From NCBI RefSeq assembly GCF_009914755.1, contig NC_060927.1: a stretch of 64,000 nucleotides of DNA. One strand, 5' to 3'. The stretch is from the human T2T-CHM13v2.0 reference genome, Homo sapiens. Below the pieces are notes generated by a model. It had not been told where the DNA came from, made no database searches, and saw nothing but the letters and a program-made list of their open reading frames with translations. Shown piece after piece: positions 31,260 through 43,849 of the stretch; within the stretch, counting starts at the first letter, position 1, and each line of letters opens with the position of its first letter. The position numbers were made by a program, and so were the translations under genes.

Positions 31260-31830
31260 AGGAGTATAAAATGTCATAATCACTTTGGAAAGCTGTTTGA
31301 CAATTGCATAAAAAGTTGAATACACATCTACCCTTTGACACTGTCGTTACGTTCCAAGAGAATTGAAAATATATATCCACAAAAGTGCTGTTAAAGAATG
31401 TTCAACTAGATTTATTCATAATGGCCAAAATCAGCCTACATATCCATCAACAGGAAAATAGATAAACATGCTACCATATATTTATAAGATGAAAACTACT
31501 CACAATAAAAAGGAACAAACTACTTTTATATCCAACAATGTGGAGGACTATCAAAATATTTTGCTGGATGAAAGAAATCATGAAACAAACATTCTGTATA
31601 ATCCATTTATATGCAGGTTTAGAATGGGCAAAACTAACACTTACACTAATACAAATAGTTCTAGCATCAAGGGTGGTATAAATTGGCCAGGAAGGAGCTT
31701 GATTGATAAAATTCCTCTGTGTCTTGAGTGAATGTATATATATGTATATATTTGTCAAAACTTACTGAACCATTCAGTCAATATTTGAGCATTTTACTCT
31801 ATAGCAGTATCTTGATCTTTTAAATGAAAA
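31260..31830 (+). mobile_element. Old L1ME/MC 3' fragment
   Basis: gtataaaatgtcataatcactttggaaagctgtttgacaatt...tccatcaacaggaaaatagataaa. Confidence 0.65.
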
Positions 31831-31944
31831 ATAACTTGGAGGACATTTCAGTCATATAATTTTTATAGCACTGTATTTGACTAACACTATTCATTAACCA
31901 TTTCAGTACATTCAGGGCTCTTTTCAATTTTTAAGAGGAATTTT

Positions 31945-32108
31945 AATTTTTTAAAAAATTTTTGTGTGTACATGGTGTATATATTTATAGAATCTGCAAA
32001 ATGTGCTAAAAAGGAATGAGATCTAGTCATTTGCAACAATATGGATGGAACTGGAGATCATTATGTTAAGTGAAATGAGCCAGGCACAGGAAGTTAAACA
32101 TCGCATGA
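31945..32108. mobile_element. Short L1MA insertion with 5' inversion
   Basis: Antisense 3' terminus (tttttgtgtgtacatggtgtatatatttat) fused to a sense segment (aaaaaggaatgagatc...tggatggaactggagatcattatgttaagtgaaat). Confidence 0.7.
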
Positions 32109-32632
32109 CATTCATATTTTTAAGGTAATGTTTTACTTTACTCAAGAAGCATTGGAACACAAGTATACTGTAACAAACTGAATATTATCAAAAATATCAA
32201 TGTTACTTTGATGCTATTCCAAGACAGTCACATTTTTATATGCCATGTCTTAAAGTCAATGAGTTTTAAGACTTTGGATAAGTTTGGTGAAATTTTAAAA
32301 ATAAGAAAATTATATTGAAAAAAGAGCAGTGAATCACCTAGATCCTGACATCTGGTGGGCATTCCATCCTGAATTTCACCAGTTACATAGCTATTTAACT
32401 ATTTACCAGTATCACTTAAGACAAAGCTTGAGCTTGAGAGGACAGGTCTCGGTTCTTATCTGGATACACCATCTAACTAACTGTTGAACAAAATATAAAA
32501 TTACCTTCAGCTGTTTTCTCACTTGCTAAACAATAATAACAGCATCTAGAATAGTGCCTGGCACATGATATGAAGCTAATAAATGTCAGTTTCATTCTTG
32601 CACATGGAGAACGGTGAATAAATGTGTTTTAT

Positions 32633-33280
32633 TCCTCCTCCTTCCTCTCCTCCCTTTCTTCTTCCTCCCTCTATTCCTTATCTCCTCTATCTCCCTCCCT
32701 TCCCTATCCTCACTCTAATCCTCTTCCTGTCTCCTCTGTCTCCTCCTTTCCCTCCTCCTCTCCTCTCTCCCCTCCTCTCTTCTACCTCTGTTCCTTCACC
32801 TCTTCCTTTCTCTCCCCGCCTCCTTACATTTCTTTTCCCTCTCCTCCTCCCTCTCCTCATCTATTTTCTCCATCTCTCTCCTTCTCTTTCCTCCCTCTCC
32901 TCCTATCTCTTCTCTCTCTCCTCCTCTCTTCTCCCTCTGTTCCTTCACCTCTTCCTTTCTCTCCCCGCCTCCTTATATTTCTTTTCCCTCTCCTCCTCCC
33001 TCTCCTCATCTATTTTCTCCATCTCTCTCCTTCTCTTTCCTCCCTCTCCTCCTTTCTCTTCTCTCTCTCCTTCTTCACCCCCTCCTTCTCGCTCCTCCTT
33101 CACTTCCTCTTTCCTCCCTCACCTCCTCTCTCTTTGCTTCTTCCTCTCTCTCTCCATCTTCTCCTTTTCCTCTTCCTCCTCCTCCTCTGCCTCTTCCCCT
33201 CCTGTTCTTCTCCCTCTTATCTTGTTTCCCTTTGCTCTTCTCTTGTTTCTGCTCCTGGTCCCTCTTTTCTTATTTTTCTG
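32633..33280. repeat. ~650-bp polypyrimidine (CT-rich) tract with an internal 149-bp-period duplication
   Basis: Nearly all C/T on the + strand; 32786-32921 is repeated at 32935-33070. Confidence 0.93.
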
Positions 33281-33881
33281 GCCCTTTTTAAATACATACC
33301 CATGACAAGTAGTAGGGAGGCTTATTCATAAGACTTTGCAGACTGTCTTTTCTGATTGTCTTTAAATCTGTTACCTATGGTGTTTAGTATTAAAAATAGC
33401 AAAAAAAAAGTAAAAATAATGAAAAATATATTTCTGTTACATAAATCAATTCTAAATAAATTTTAATCATTTAAATTTAAACCCAGAAGGCTTATTCAGA
33501 TAGAGTTTGAATATTTTCTATAAATATGCAAGAATCTCAGATATTAACTTCTTGACTGAGGAAGAAACAAGAATCTCTGGACAGCTGCAAACACTACCAT
33601 GGGGAAAATCTATCAGCTCCGACATATTGAATCTAATCTGACATACGCACTTGCTCTTTTTTTCATAGCAAATGAGAAAGTCAGGTTCTTGAGTAAATTT
33701 CCATTACAACTATCTTCTATTTTCAGTATTCTTTCAGGCTGTTTCATCTGAAGAAAATTACAACTGGGATCTAAGCCATTCTATGTATTTTTTCATGCAC
33801 CTCCGTTTGGGATTTTTCTGATGTTGGCTCATGAGGAGAGCAAGGTTAGACATCTTGGGGAGCAATTTCACAAAAAGATAC

Positions 33882-34633
33882 TGAGAGACAGGACTAGCTG
33901 GATTTCCTAGGCCGACTAAGAATCCCTAAGCCTAGCTGGGAAGGTGACCGCATCCACCTTTAAACACGGGGCTTGCAACTTAGCTCACACCCAACCAATC
34001 AGAGAGCTCACTAAAATGTTAATTAGGCAAAAACAGGAGGTAAAGAAATAGCCAATCATCTATTGCCTGAGAGCACAGCAGGAGGGACAAGGATTGGGAT
34101 ATAAACCCAGGCATTCGAGCCGGCAATGGCAACCCCCTTTGGGTCCCCTCCCCTTGTATGGGAGCTCTGTTTTCACTCTATTAAATCTTGCAACTGCACT
34201 CTTCTGGTCCATGTTTGTTACGGCTGGAGCTGAGCTTTCGCTCGCCCTCCACCACTGCTGTTTTGCGGCCGTGGCAGACCCGCCACTGACTTCCATTCTT
34301 CCGCATCCGGCAGGGTGTCCCCTGTGCTCCTGATCTAGCAAGGCACCCACTGCCATTCCGGATCGGGCTAAATTAGGCTCGCCATTGTTCCTGCATGGCT
34401 AAGTGCCTGGGTTCGTCCTAATCGAGCTGAACACTAGTCACTGGGTTCCACGGTTCTCTTCCGTGACCCACGGCTTCTAATAGAGCTATAACACTCACCC
34501 CATGGCCCAAGATTCCATTCCTTGGAATCCGTGAGGCCAAGAACCCCAGGTCAGAGAACACGAGGCTTGTCACCATCTTGGAAGCAGTCCGCCGCCATCT
34601 TGGAAGCTGTGTGAGAAAGGACCCCCGGTAATG
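33882..34633 (+). mobile_element. LTR17 solo LTR (HERV-W)
   Basis: tgagagacaggactagctggatttcctaggccgactaagaatccctaagcctagctgggaaggtgacc is the HERV-W U3 start; ends ggacccccggtaatg; degenerate TSD atac/atgc. Confidence 0.95.
33990..34190 (+). promoter_or_regulatory. LTR17 core promoter and polyA elements
   Basis: CCAAT boxes (~33995, ~34052), gatataaa TATA (~34098), attaaa polyA (~34180). Activity not shown. Confidence 0.6.
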
Positions 34634-35111
34634 ATGCTATGTTCTCATAATTCTATTAAGACACCCATGACTTTGAATTTTCCCATTATTGGAGTTCTTA
34701 ACTTTGATCATTTGATTCAAGAGGGTACCTGCCAGGAAGTTTTACTCAGTGGTTGTTCTTTTGTCCATTATCAGTAAGTATTTTGTGAGGAAATACTTAG
34801 AGACGTGTAAATATTTTGTTCCTCTTTAAATCTGCACCCACTTTTAGCATCCCCTGATATTTCTTGGCTGAATTTATTATTGTTACAATTGCTATCCAAT
34901 TGTGATTTTCCTGCTTCTATTATTCTTCCACATTTGTTGACATTATATGAAGGAACACTATCTCTTCTTTGTTTCTTTCTTTATGCTAGTATAGACAGAT
35001 GGATTATTTTATTTCATTGATTAAAATTTATTATTATGAATCGTTCATGAAATTGTCCCAAATTTGGTCAGTGGGAATCTCTTCAAGCTGGCTTTTGTGT
35101 CCTTTTGACAT

Positions 35112-35806
35112 TGAGAGGAGGTGCCAGTGGGCTTCCTGGGTCTAGTAGGGGCTCAGAAAGCTGTGAAACTCACTCATTTCCTGCATCAGGACTTAACTTT
35201 GGTCCTGAATGAGTAATATTGAAGATAAGTGCTTAAAATATTCCTAACATCAGAATTTGTGCATGTGTTTTCTTCCGCAAGAAAGCTATAAACAGGGAAA
35301 ATTTTGCTGCAAGCTTCCCTGTGTCCTCTCTCCCTCTCTCCTTTCCCCCTCCTCTGAAACTAAAAGGACTGCTAAAAGCCCATTTTTCTGTGACCAGCAG
35401 ACCGTATCTACGCTCCCAATTCCAATTCTTTGTAAACACAATTTGTAAAATCCTGTGAGATCCTGTCTCCTTTGCCATGCCGCTGCAAGGTCATAAAGTA
35501 GATAAAACTTGAGTTACAATTCCGGTTTTCCTCAAGATCTGAGACGTGTTAATTGTCTTTGTTTCTCGCTCTGGTAGCATCTTCCTACCGCACGTATTTC
35601 CCGCCTTAAATAAAAGGTGATAGAAAAATCTAACACTGGTTACCTGCTCAGGACCCCTTCCACTCTGTGGAAGCTTTGTACTGTCACTCCGCTCAATAAA
35701 GCCTACAGCTGTTTTTCTCTCGGTCCGATCTGTGTCTCTCTCTCACCGCGGGCTGCCGCCACACCAAATCTTTGGCGTGGCTAAGGCGAGAACCTTTGGC
35801 ATTACA
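35112..35806 (+). mobile_element. LTR30 solo LTR (HERV30)
   Basis: tgagaggaggtgccagtgggcttcctgggtctagtaggggctcagaaagctgtgaaactcac...ctttggcattaca; perfect TSD acat (35108-35111, 35807-35810); aataaa ~35695. Confidence 0.88.
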
Positions 35807-35968
35807 ACATGACCCTATCATTCTTTGATATCTCCATACTTTCTGATGCAAAATAATGGTCCAAGCTGCTTTCCCTTCTCCAGTTCTGGAAGCAGCCATT
35901 TATTTCCTCAAGGAGCCCTAGTTCCTTTAACGAAGAATGTTGGAGAGAAACCAGCATCTGCATGTTAG

Positions 35969-36422
<454 letters not shown>

Positions 36423-36784
36423 TCAAGTTTCATATAATACTTTCCCTTTCCATAGTTGTAAGTTCCACCACTGAGAGTGAGAATTACAGCTGACATTATC
36501 CTAAATTAATTTTTTGTTTCAATCCTCCCAAATGCTATGAATCTACCATTGTCACCACTGTCCCTCTTCCCCAATGTCCCTCTTCTGACATGCCGAACCA
36601 TTGCAAACACCACTGCCCTCCTCTCTTAGTGCTCTTCTCACCCTGCTCTGTCTCCAGCTCCCTGCACCAGGCTGAGGCCACCAGCACCCACAGTGCACCC
36701 TCCTCACACTGCTCCACACCCTGCTCTGATAATTATAACTCTCTCATTCAAAAATAAAAAAAAGCCAAGGGATTGCAAATCACT

Positions 36785-37202
36785 TATATTAGCTCAGGTC
36801 CTCCAAGAAGCAGGTGTTGAGAGTGGATAAAATATATATATAAGGATTTTATTCAAGGAAACATCCATGTGAGACAAAATAGGGAAGGGACCAGACAAGC
36901 CTGGGAGAACTGTCCAAGTACAAACAAGTCTAACTCCAAGTGGAAAAAAGAGAGAGGTTGTGTGGAAGGAAAGTTTGGGAAAGAGTTCAGGGGTCCTCAA
37001 GCCAAAACAGGCTACCAGAAGTGTCTTATGACTCCCACAAATCTTTCTACTTCAGTATCCATCCCTGCCATGCTCAATCATTGGATGAACAGCTCGTGGG
37101 AAGCATGGGGTGACTGCAAAAGAGTACGAAGCAGCCGAGGCCTCTTAGCAATTACACTCCCTGTAGTTGGAGGAGCGTCATCTACATTCCTGTGGCTGTC
37201 CG
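36785..37202 (-). mobile_element. ERVL solo LTR (LTR16-like)
   Basis: attagctcaggtcctccaagaagcagg...ttttattcaaggaaacatcc...ctcaatcattggatgaacagc pattern of antisense LTR16. Confidence 0.6.
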
Positions 37203-38239
37203 AAACTAATATTATTTTTCCCTGATTACAGGTGTTTAGTATATAACTCAGAATAAAGTCAGCACCACATTAAAATAAACCTTCTTATGTAAATAACACT
37301 TAAGAGTATAACAAATAAGAAATGACTTGCCAAACCACTGGCCCTTTATTTTTTATCACAACTCAGAAACAAAGACAGCACCATATTAAGTTAAACCCTT
37401 TTCCCATAAAGAAGATTTTTATTTATCAAATTGCTAGACTGCCAGTCTGGTGTTACAAGATGCTGCTGAACATGGTAAATGAGCATAGATAATTTTTTTT
37501 TTTTTAGCAAGTGTATCTCTTATTTGTGGCCCATAGCTTTTGAGAAAATTGATTTTTTATTTAGCATGTTTATGTTTCTTTATGATGTATCCAACTTTCT
37601 CAAATAAACAGGTATACCAAACAGGCAGATTGTTCACATTTTGGGAAATGCTAGATAAAAGTGTGGAAGTCATGGTAATAGAGAGCTATTTTACATTACA
37701 GAGCTTTATTGAGCAGTTGTAGACCTAACTCCTGCCCTTAGAGCTACAATTGAGCATTTTATACTCTCCTGGATATTACCTTTGAATTTAATCCTAACAT
37801 TTTAGCATCAATTTGGGTGGAGGCCATATGTTTAAGCTTCATAAACTCAGCTTAAATTTGGCATAATGCTGAAAAGCCCTGTGGTCCCTAAATATGCAAA
37901 AATGTTGTACAGTGAATATAGCAAGAAATTTTAGATGTAGATATAAAACTAGACACCTTCAGCAAACAGATAAATATATGACAAAATAAGACACTTGTAA
38001 TGGTTTTCTGAGGAAGTTTTGAAATCTAATTTTCACAAATATCTCTGAAATTTAGGTTAGATCTAAAGAAGTGGGAGAAATACACAGGAGGAAAGAATTA
38101 GAGAAGAAACAAAACATGATCCAAGCAGTATTAGTACGATAAAGGAGTTCAACTGTTTTAAAAACATTTATGGTTTACAGTTATTTAACATTTGACACAT
38201 AATGTCAAATGCCTACTATGTGGCAGACACTGTCTTTAC

Positions 38240-38548
38240 ACGCGCTGTTCAGAATGGCAACCTCTAGTCACATGTATCTATGAAATACTTGAAATATGAC
38301 TGGTTCACACGAGGATGTACTTGAAGTGTAAAATACACACCCAATTTCAAAGACATAGAATGAAAAAATCATACTAATAATTTACACTGATTATATGTTA
38401 AAATGATAATATTTTGGGTATAATTGGGTTAAATAAAATATATAATGAATACTAATTTAACCTACTTCTTTGTGCTCCCCTAATGTGGATACTAGATAAT
38501 TTGAAATAACATAAATATAAATTTCATTATATTTCCACTGGGAAAAAT
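38240..38548. mobile_element. MER33-type hAT-Charlie element within an L2 fragment
   Basis: gcgctgttcagaatggcaacctctagtcacatg...gaagtgtaaaatacacacc...cattatatttccactgg. Confidence 0.7.
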
Positions 38549-38561
38549 TGTGACAAGAACT

Positions 38562-38860
38562 ATTGCAGTAGATATTCATGATTTTGGTTAAATGCATCTA
38601 TCTTTTCATCTTCCTTGGTACCTGGGAGGAGAGCACAGCCTCACTCACTTTGAAGTGAAACGTGGCCACCAGGAGGAGAAGTGTCACTTCCCTATAAAAG
38701 GGCTTTAAAAGCCAATGTGCTATTTAGTCCTAGCTGCTGTTACCACAGGAACAGATGTTGCAAAGAGGCCTCCATCTTCCTGGCTGCCAAATGACTAAGA
38801 TTAGAGCCTTTCCACCTGGATTATGGGTATGTAGTTTGAGGCAGATATAAATTTGAATGA
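38562..38860 (+). mobile_element. Old MaLR LTR fragment (MLT1H/J-like)
   Basis: cactttgaagtgaaacgtggccac...gaagtgtcacttcc motifs; highly diverged. Confidence 0.5.
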
Positions 38861-38869
38861 AAGTCTCTC

Positions 38870-40330
38870 CAAAAATGTCCAAAAGAAAATAATCAGCCAC
38901 ATACAAGCAAAAAGTAATTATTTTAAAATAATTGTATACCTTGTGCCAAGATCATGGTCTCCCACACCATGCTCCAATTTCTCTTTGAAGAAATGACTGA
39001 TTCTAGGGCTGGTGCAGGATGCAGATCATCTTGTAGTATCAGAAAGTAAGAAAACGTGCAGAAGACAAAACAATGGTAATATGTCAAAAGGACACAGGAG
39101 CCAATTGAAAGAGCTCTGAATAGCCAAATTTGGAACAATTGGAGCAAAAAATAGAATAAAATAAAATAACATATTACTTCATTATATTTCTAAATATAAA
39201 ACAAATATCCATGGGCCTATACTGATAAAAATAAATTATTGAAAAAATAAATAAGTTGGAGATAAAAGACAGATTTCCTCAACAGAAAAAATTTAAATCA
39301 TTTGTTTAGGCACTACTCTCTACCTGAGGAGGTGAAACTTAACTCCCCATCCCTTAAGTGTGGGCTTAGTGATTCATTTCCAAATAGCACAGTAGGGAGA
39401 GGCAAGTGGTAGGAACAGTTAATTTCACAGTGGAGAAGCCCAGGAAACACTATGTTTTCCAGGTGACCAATTTTAAAATCATCAGTGACAAGTCATGTAG
39501 ATTAATATATAATGTTGAGAGTGGCACAAAATTTCTGTGGTTTTCTTCCCCAAACCATAACCCACTGATACGGTTTGGCTGTGTCCCCACCCAAATCTCA
39601 TCTTGAATTGTAACTTCCACAGTTCCCATGTGTCATGGGAGGAACCAAGTAGGAGGTGATTGAATTATGGGAGCCGGTCTTTCCTGCACTGTTCCCATGA
39701 TAGTGAATGAGTCTCATGAGATCTGATGGTTTTAAAAATAGGAGTTTCCCTGCACAAGCTCTCTCTTTGCCTGCAGCCATCCACAAAAGATGAGACTTGC
39801 TCTTCCTTGCCTTCTGTCATGATTGCGAGGCCTCCCCAGCCATGTGGAATTGTAAGTCCATTAAAACTCTTTTTCTTCCCAGTCTCAGGGATGTCTTTAT
39901 CAACAGCATGAAAATGGACTAATACACCCACCTACCTGAGGAAAACATCAGACAAAACTGAATTGAGGAACATTGTACAAAATACCTGGCCAGTAGCCCC
40001 CCAAAGTGTAAAGGTCATGAATAAGCAAGGAAAGCCTGAAAAGGGGGCATAGCCCAGAGGAGCCTAAGGAGACACAACAGCTAAATGTAATCTACTGTCC
40101 TAGACAGGATCTGGAAACAGAAAAAGCCCATTAGAGAAAAGCTAATACAATTTAAATAAAGTTCAGTTAATAAGCAATATAGCAATACTGGTTCATGAGT
40201 TGTGACCATATGCTATAGTAATAATGCCAGATGTTAATGAGGGAAACTGATTGTGGTGTGTATGGGAATTCTCTGTACTTTCTTTGAAAGTTTTCAGTAA
40301 TTATAAAACTATTCTAAAATAAACATTTTA
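38870..40330 (+). mobile_element. L1MC/MD 3' region interrupted by THE1
   Basis: Ends gggaattctctgtactttctttgaaagttttcagtaattataaaactattctaaaataaa. Confidence 0.75.
39566..39926 (+). mobile_element. THE1 (C-like) solo LTR
   Basis: tgatacggtttggctgtgtccccacccaaatctcatc...aaatggactaataca; 5-bp TSD cccac. Confidence 0.93.
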
Positions 40331-40683
40331 TTTCAATTTTAAAAATATTGTAGCTACTTTAAAAATGTTCTTATTCCTTAATTGAGACATAGCTAAGCCA
40401 AGATTCAAGTCTTTCACTTTCTGAATAACCTCCTAGGAACTTTTCCTGACCTCAGAGTGCAGGTATGTCAATTAAAGAAGCTTTCTTCATAAAGACATGA
40501 CAGGAGCCCTCATTCTTGTGAAATTTTTTGTGATCATATTGACATGGGTGGTTTTTTTTACTTAGATTTGAAAATCACTGAGATTCTGAGTTATAAGAAA
40601 TAAGACTAAAATCAGTAAAAAGTAAACATATGAAATTATGTTTGTTACTCTTAGCCCTTCAGTTGGACTTATCCCTTCAGCTT

Positions 40684-40750
40684 TGAGTAGTCCTGCATCT
40701 CATCAAATCTGAATGAGAAACTGAGTAGTCCTGCATCTCATCAAATCTGA
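40684..40750. repeat. Perfect 29-bp direct repeat with 9-bp spacer
   Basis: tgagtagtcctgcatctcatcaaatctga at 40684-40712 and 40722-40750. Confidence 0.95.
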
Positions 40751-40925
40751 TTTCTACCTAGAAAAGTTAGTTTCAGCTTATGCCTCTGGGAACCAATTGG
40801 ATGATGAAAATGGCTCCACTCAAAGGCATTAATCAGTATAAACACATATAGAGTGTGGAGGCCATGAATAGAAATTATGTTACAGGCTTAGTATTATATA
40901 TACTTTTGAATCCACAGCCGTTATC

Positions 40926-40958
40926 CACTTGATGTTAGCCCAAAGGCTGAGAAGCAAT
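40926..40958 (-). pseudogene. 3'-truncated (tailless) U2 snRNA retropseudogene, nt ~1-33
   Basis: Reverse complement attgcttctcagcctttgggctaacatcaagtg vs U2 5' end atcgcttctcggccttttggctaagatcaagtg; flanked by tccacagccgttatc / tccacagccatcctc TSD. Confidence 0.88.
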
Positions 40959-42540
40959 TCCACAGCCATCCTCATGTACCAAATTCAAATTTCAATCTAA
41001 TAACCTTTGAAAGATGACCCACCATCTTTCCTTCTTCATCCAAGTATCTTCTTCCTCTGACTATCTCTTTTTCTCAAATGTTGGTCTTTTTTTCATATTT
41101 CTCCATGTCCTGGAAAGAAATCTGAAGACGGGAGGTACTCAAGGAAATAGGGTGCCAATAGCTGAGTGGAATGGGATGGGATGTGAAACCTACTCCTACC
41201 TCCTAATGTATTGCAGGGCCAGTTCATTGATGGCATTAACTCCGCTGTGTACTCACACAGCTGCAGAGTCATTGGAATGATACATAGGCTCTATTGCTGC
41301 ACATATTCAATTAGAATCCTTTATTAATGGACCAAGAATGGACAAGAAAATGGGGAAATTACTGTGCAAATTTTTTAATCCACCCTGTCCTCCTTCCCTT
41401 TCCCTTTCCTGATTAGTCTCAGAAATTTTTTCATTCTTTACATTTCCCCTTTCTTTAAAATCAATATCCCTTACTTTGTGTTTGATTCTACATTTATTTT
41501 CCTTTACAATATCACGCATAAATACACACACACACTTTTAAGTTGCAACTAATACTTTTTCCAGTGAAAGGCTTCTTTGTTTTACTATATACTAACCTCT
41601 GCATAAAATTTCTTTAAAAATGTTGTTTGATGCAGAGTTCTAGATGTCATAAGATTATTAAATATATATACTTTCTAAGGTGAGCATTCAGTGTTGGACT
41701 AAAATTTACAAAAATCATATAAGTGCTACTTGCTTCTAGGTAAGAGTTTTTAAATTAAAATCACCTTTTCAAATAGAGCTCTCTGCAGATATGTTAACAA
41801 TGTCCATTTAGAAAATTACATGGGATTTCAATTATCATTATCATTATAAAGTTCCAAATGAAAAGTTAGATCTTTTTTAAAGCAAGTAACTAGAAAGAAA
41901 AACAAAACTGCTGACCATTTATCTAACATCCACTCTTTCTGATAAGGTTGAAGTGATTCATCAGAAGTTCAGACCCAAGCCATTCTTCTTGGTTGTAAAT
42001 AAGCAGAATATATTCCCTATAGATATTACTCAGACCTAAACTATGGACTAAAGATTGTATGTCAGTAGTTTCTGCATTTGACTTTACAGTTACCCGCCCC
42101 TTTGCCATACATCAATGTTTCAGTCATCAATTATTTTCCAAATGTGTCACATATTTATGCTATTGGATTGTATATGATGGAACATACAGAGAATTGTAAG
42201 ATATAATTTCCATCCTTCATGAGATTATAAATCATTTATTACACTACTATCTTATTTCAAAAACAAAAAGTTGGCATCACAAATGTTAAGGCATGCAGGT
42301 AGATTTAAATAGTAAATTCTATAATGACGTTTATCATTGGTGCTCTTAACAATTCCCATCCACCTACATCCACCCAGAAGCATCACATTAAACAAAAGAT
42401 ACTGAGTAAATATTCAACATTGTGCATGAGCTATCCTAGTCTTTGATGCACTCCACTTTTAACCTAGAAGTGGTAATGAGAAGCAAGTCCGCTGGAGTGT
42501 GCCTGGTTCTGTCTTTTAGGAAGTTTTGTGAGCTCAAACA

Positions 42541-42542
<2 letters not shown>

Positions 42543-42583
<41 letters not shown>

Positions 42584-42872
42584 TATTTTTTTGAGACAGA
42601 CTCTCGCTCTGTCACCCAGGCTGGAGTGCAGTGGGTGATCTCTGCTCACTGCAAGCTCCGCCTCCTGGGTTCACACCATGCTCCTGCCTCAGCCTCCCGA
42701 GTAGCTGGGACTACAGGCGCCCACCACCACACCCGGCTAATTTTTTGTATTTTTAGTAGAGACGGGGTTTCACTGTGTTAGCCAGGATGGTCTCGATCTC
42801 CTGACCTCATGATCCACCCACCTCAGCCTCCCAAAGTGCTGGGATTACAGGCGTGAGCCACTATGCCCCACC
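42543..42872 (-). mobile_element. AluY with (ATT)n-derived tail
   Basis: About 13 ATT units then antisense AluY; acattatt flanks both ends. Confidence 0.94.
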
Positions 42873-43479
42873 AGACATTATTTAAACTTAAACTCACTCT
42901 GAAGCACATTTCGTCATATAGAAAATTATGTTAACAATAGAATTTATGCTATTGTTGTGAAGTTTTAAATAAACCAATGACAATATTTAGATTATAGTGT
43001 TTGGCATATAGTAAGCATCTAGTAAACATTAGCTATTATTGTTACTGACCCAGTCGTTAACTGGTTCTTTAGACTCAGGAACAACCCTGAGATGAGATAC
43101 ATCATGCTCCTATGGCCAGAATGTGCCTTAGCACAGCAACAAACAAACATTTATCACTATGTTCTAGTAAATGGAGATATATAAGTTCAGAGGAAGGACA
43201 AATTACTTTTTCAATCTAGGAAATTCTGATGTCTTCACAACACTACAGAATTTGCTACTTTCCCACAAAAACACATAATTATATTTAAATTATATTTATA
43301 ATACTTGCTTCAATTATTCAAAATAGACTTCCTTCAGATACAGGTTAAAATGACAGTGTGCTATATTGGTCCATGATTCCTTTTATAGAAACAATTCTGA
43401 CATATGAACCACTTTGATATCTTACAATTTGGCTGAAATTTAGTTTTGTCTTGTTCTTAATGTTAATAACTCGCTTTAA

Positions 43480-43783
<304 letters not shown>

Positions 43784-43793
43784 TTAGTTAACT

Positions 43794-43849
43794 CTTTAAG
43801 AGCTTCATGATGGCATTTGGCTTTAAGAGCTTCATGATGGCATTTGGCT
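43794..43849. repeat. Perfect 27-bp tandem duplication
   Basis: ctttaagagcttcatgatggcatttgg x2. Confidence 0.96.

Noticed and set aside
32622-33331. Longest ORFs in the window (227 and 235 aa, S/P/L/F-rich)
   Set aside because: Artefact of a CT-only tract that cannot encode stop codons; open in more than one frame.
33882-35806. LTR17...LTR30 as a single two-LTR provirus
   Set aside because: Different families, each with its own flanking duplication; the spacer is old L1 with no PBS or gag/pol.
40684-40750. CRISPR-like repeat-spacer-repeat
   Set aside because: Only two copies, 9-bp spacer, primate DNA, no cas genes.
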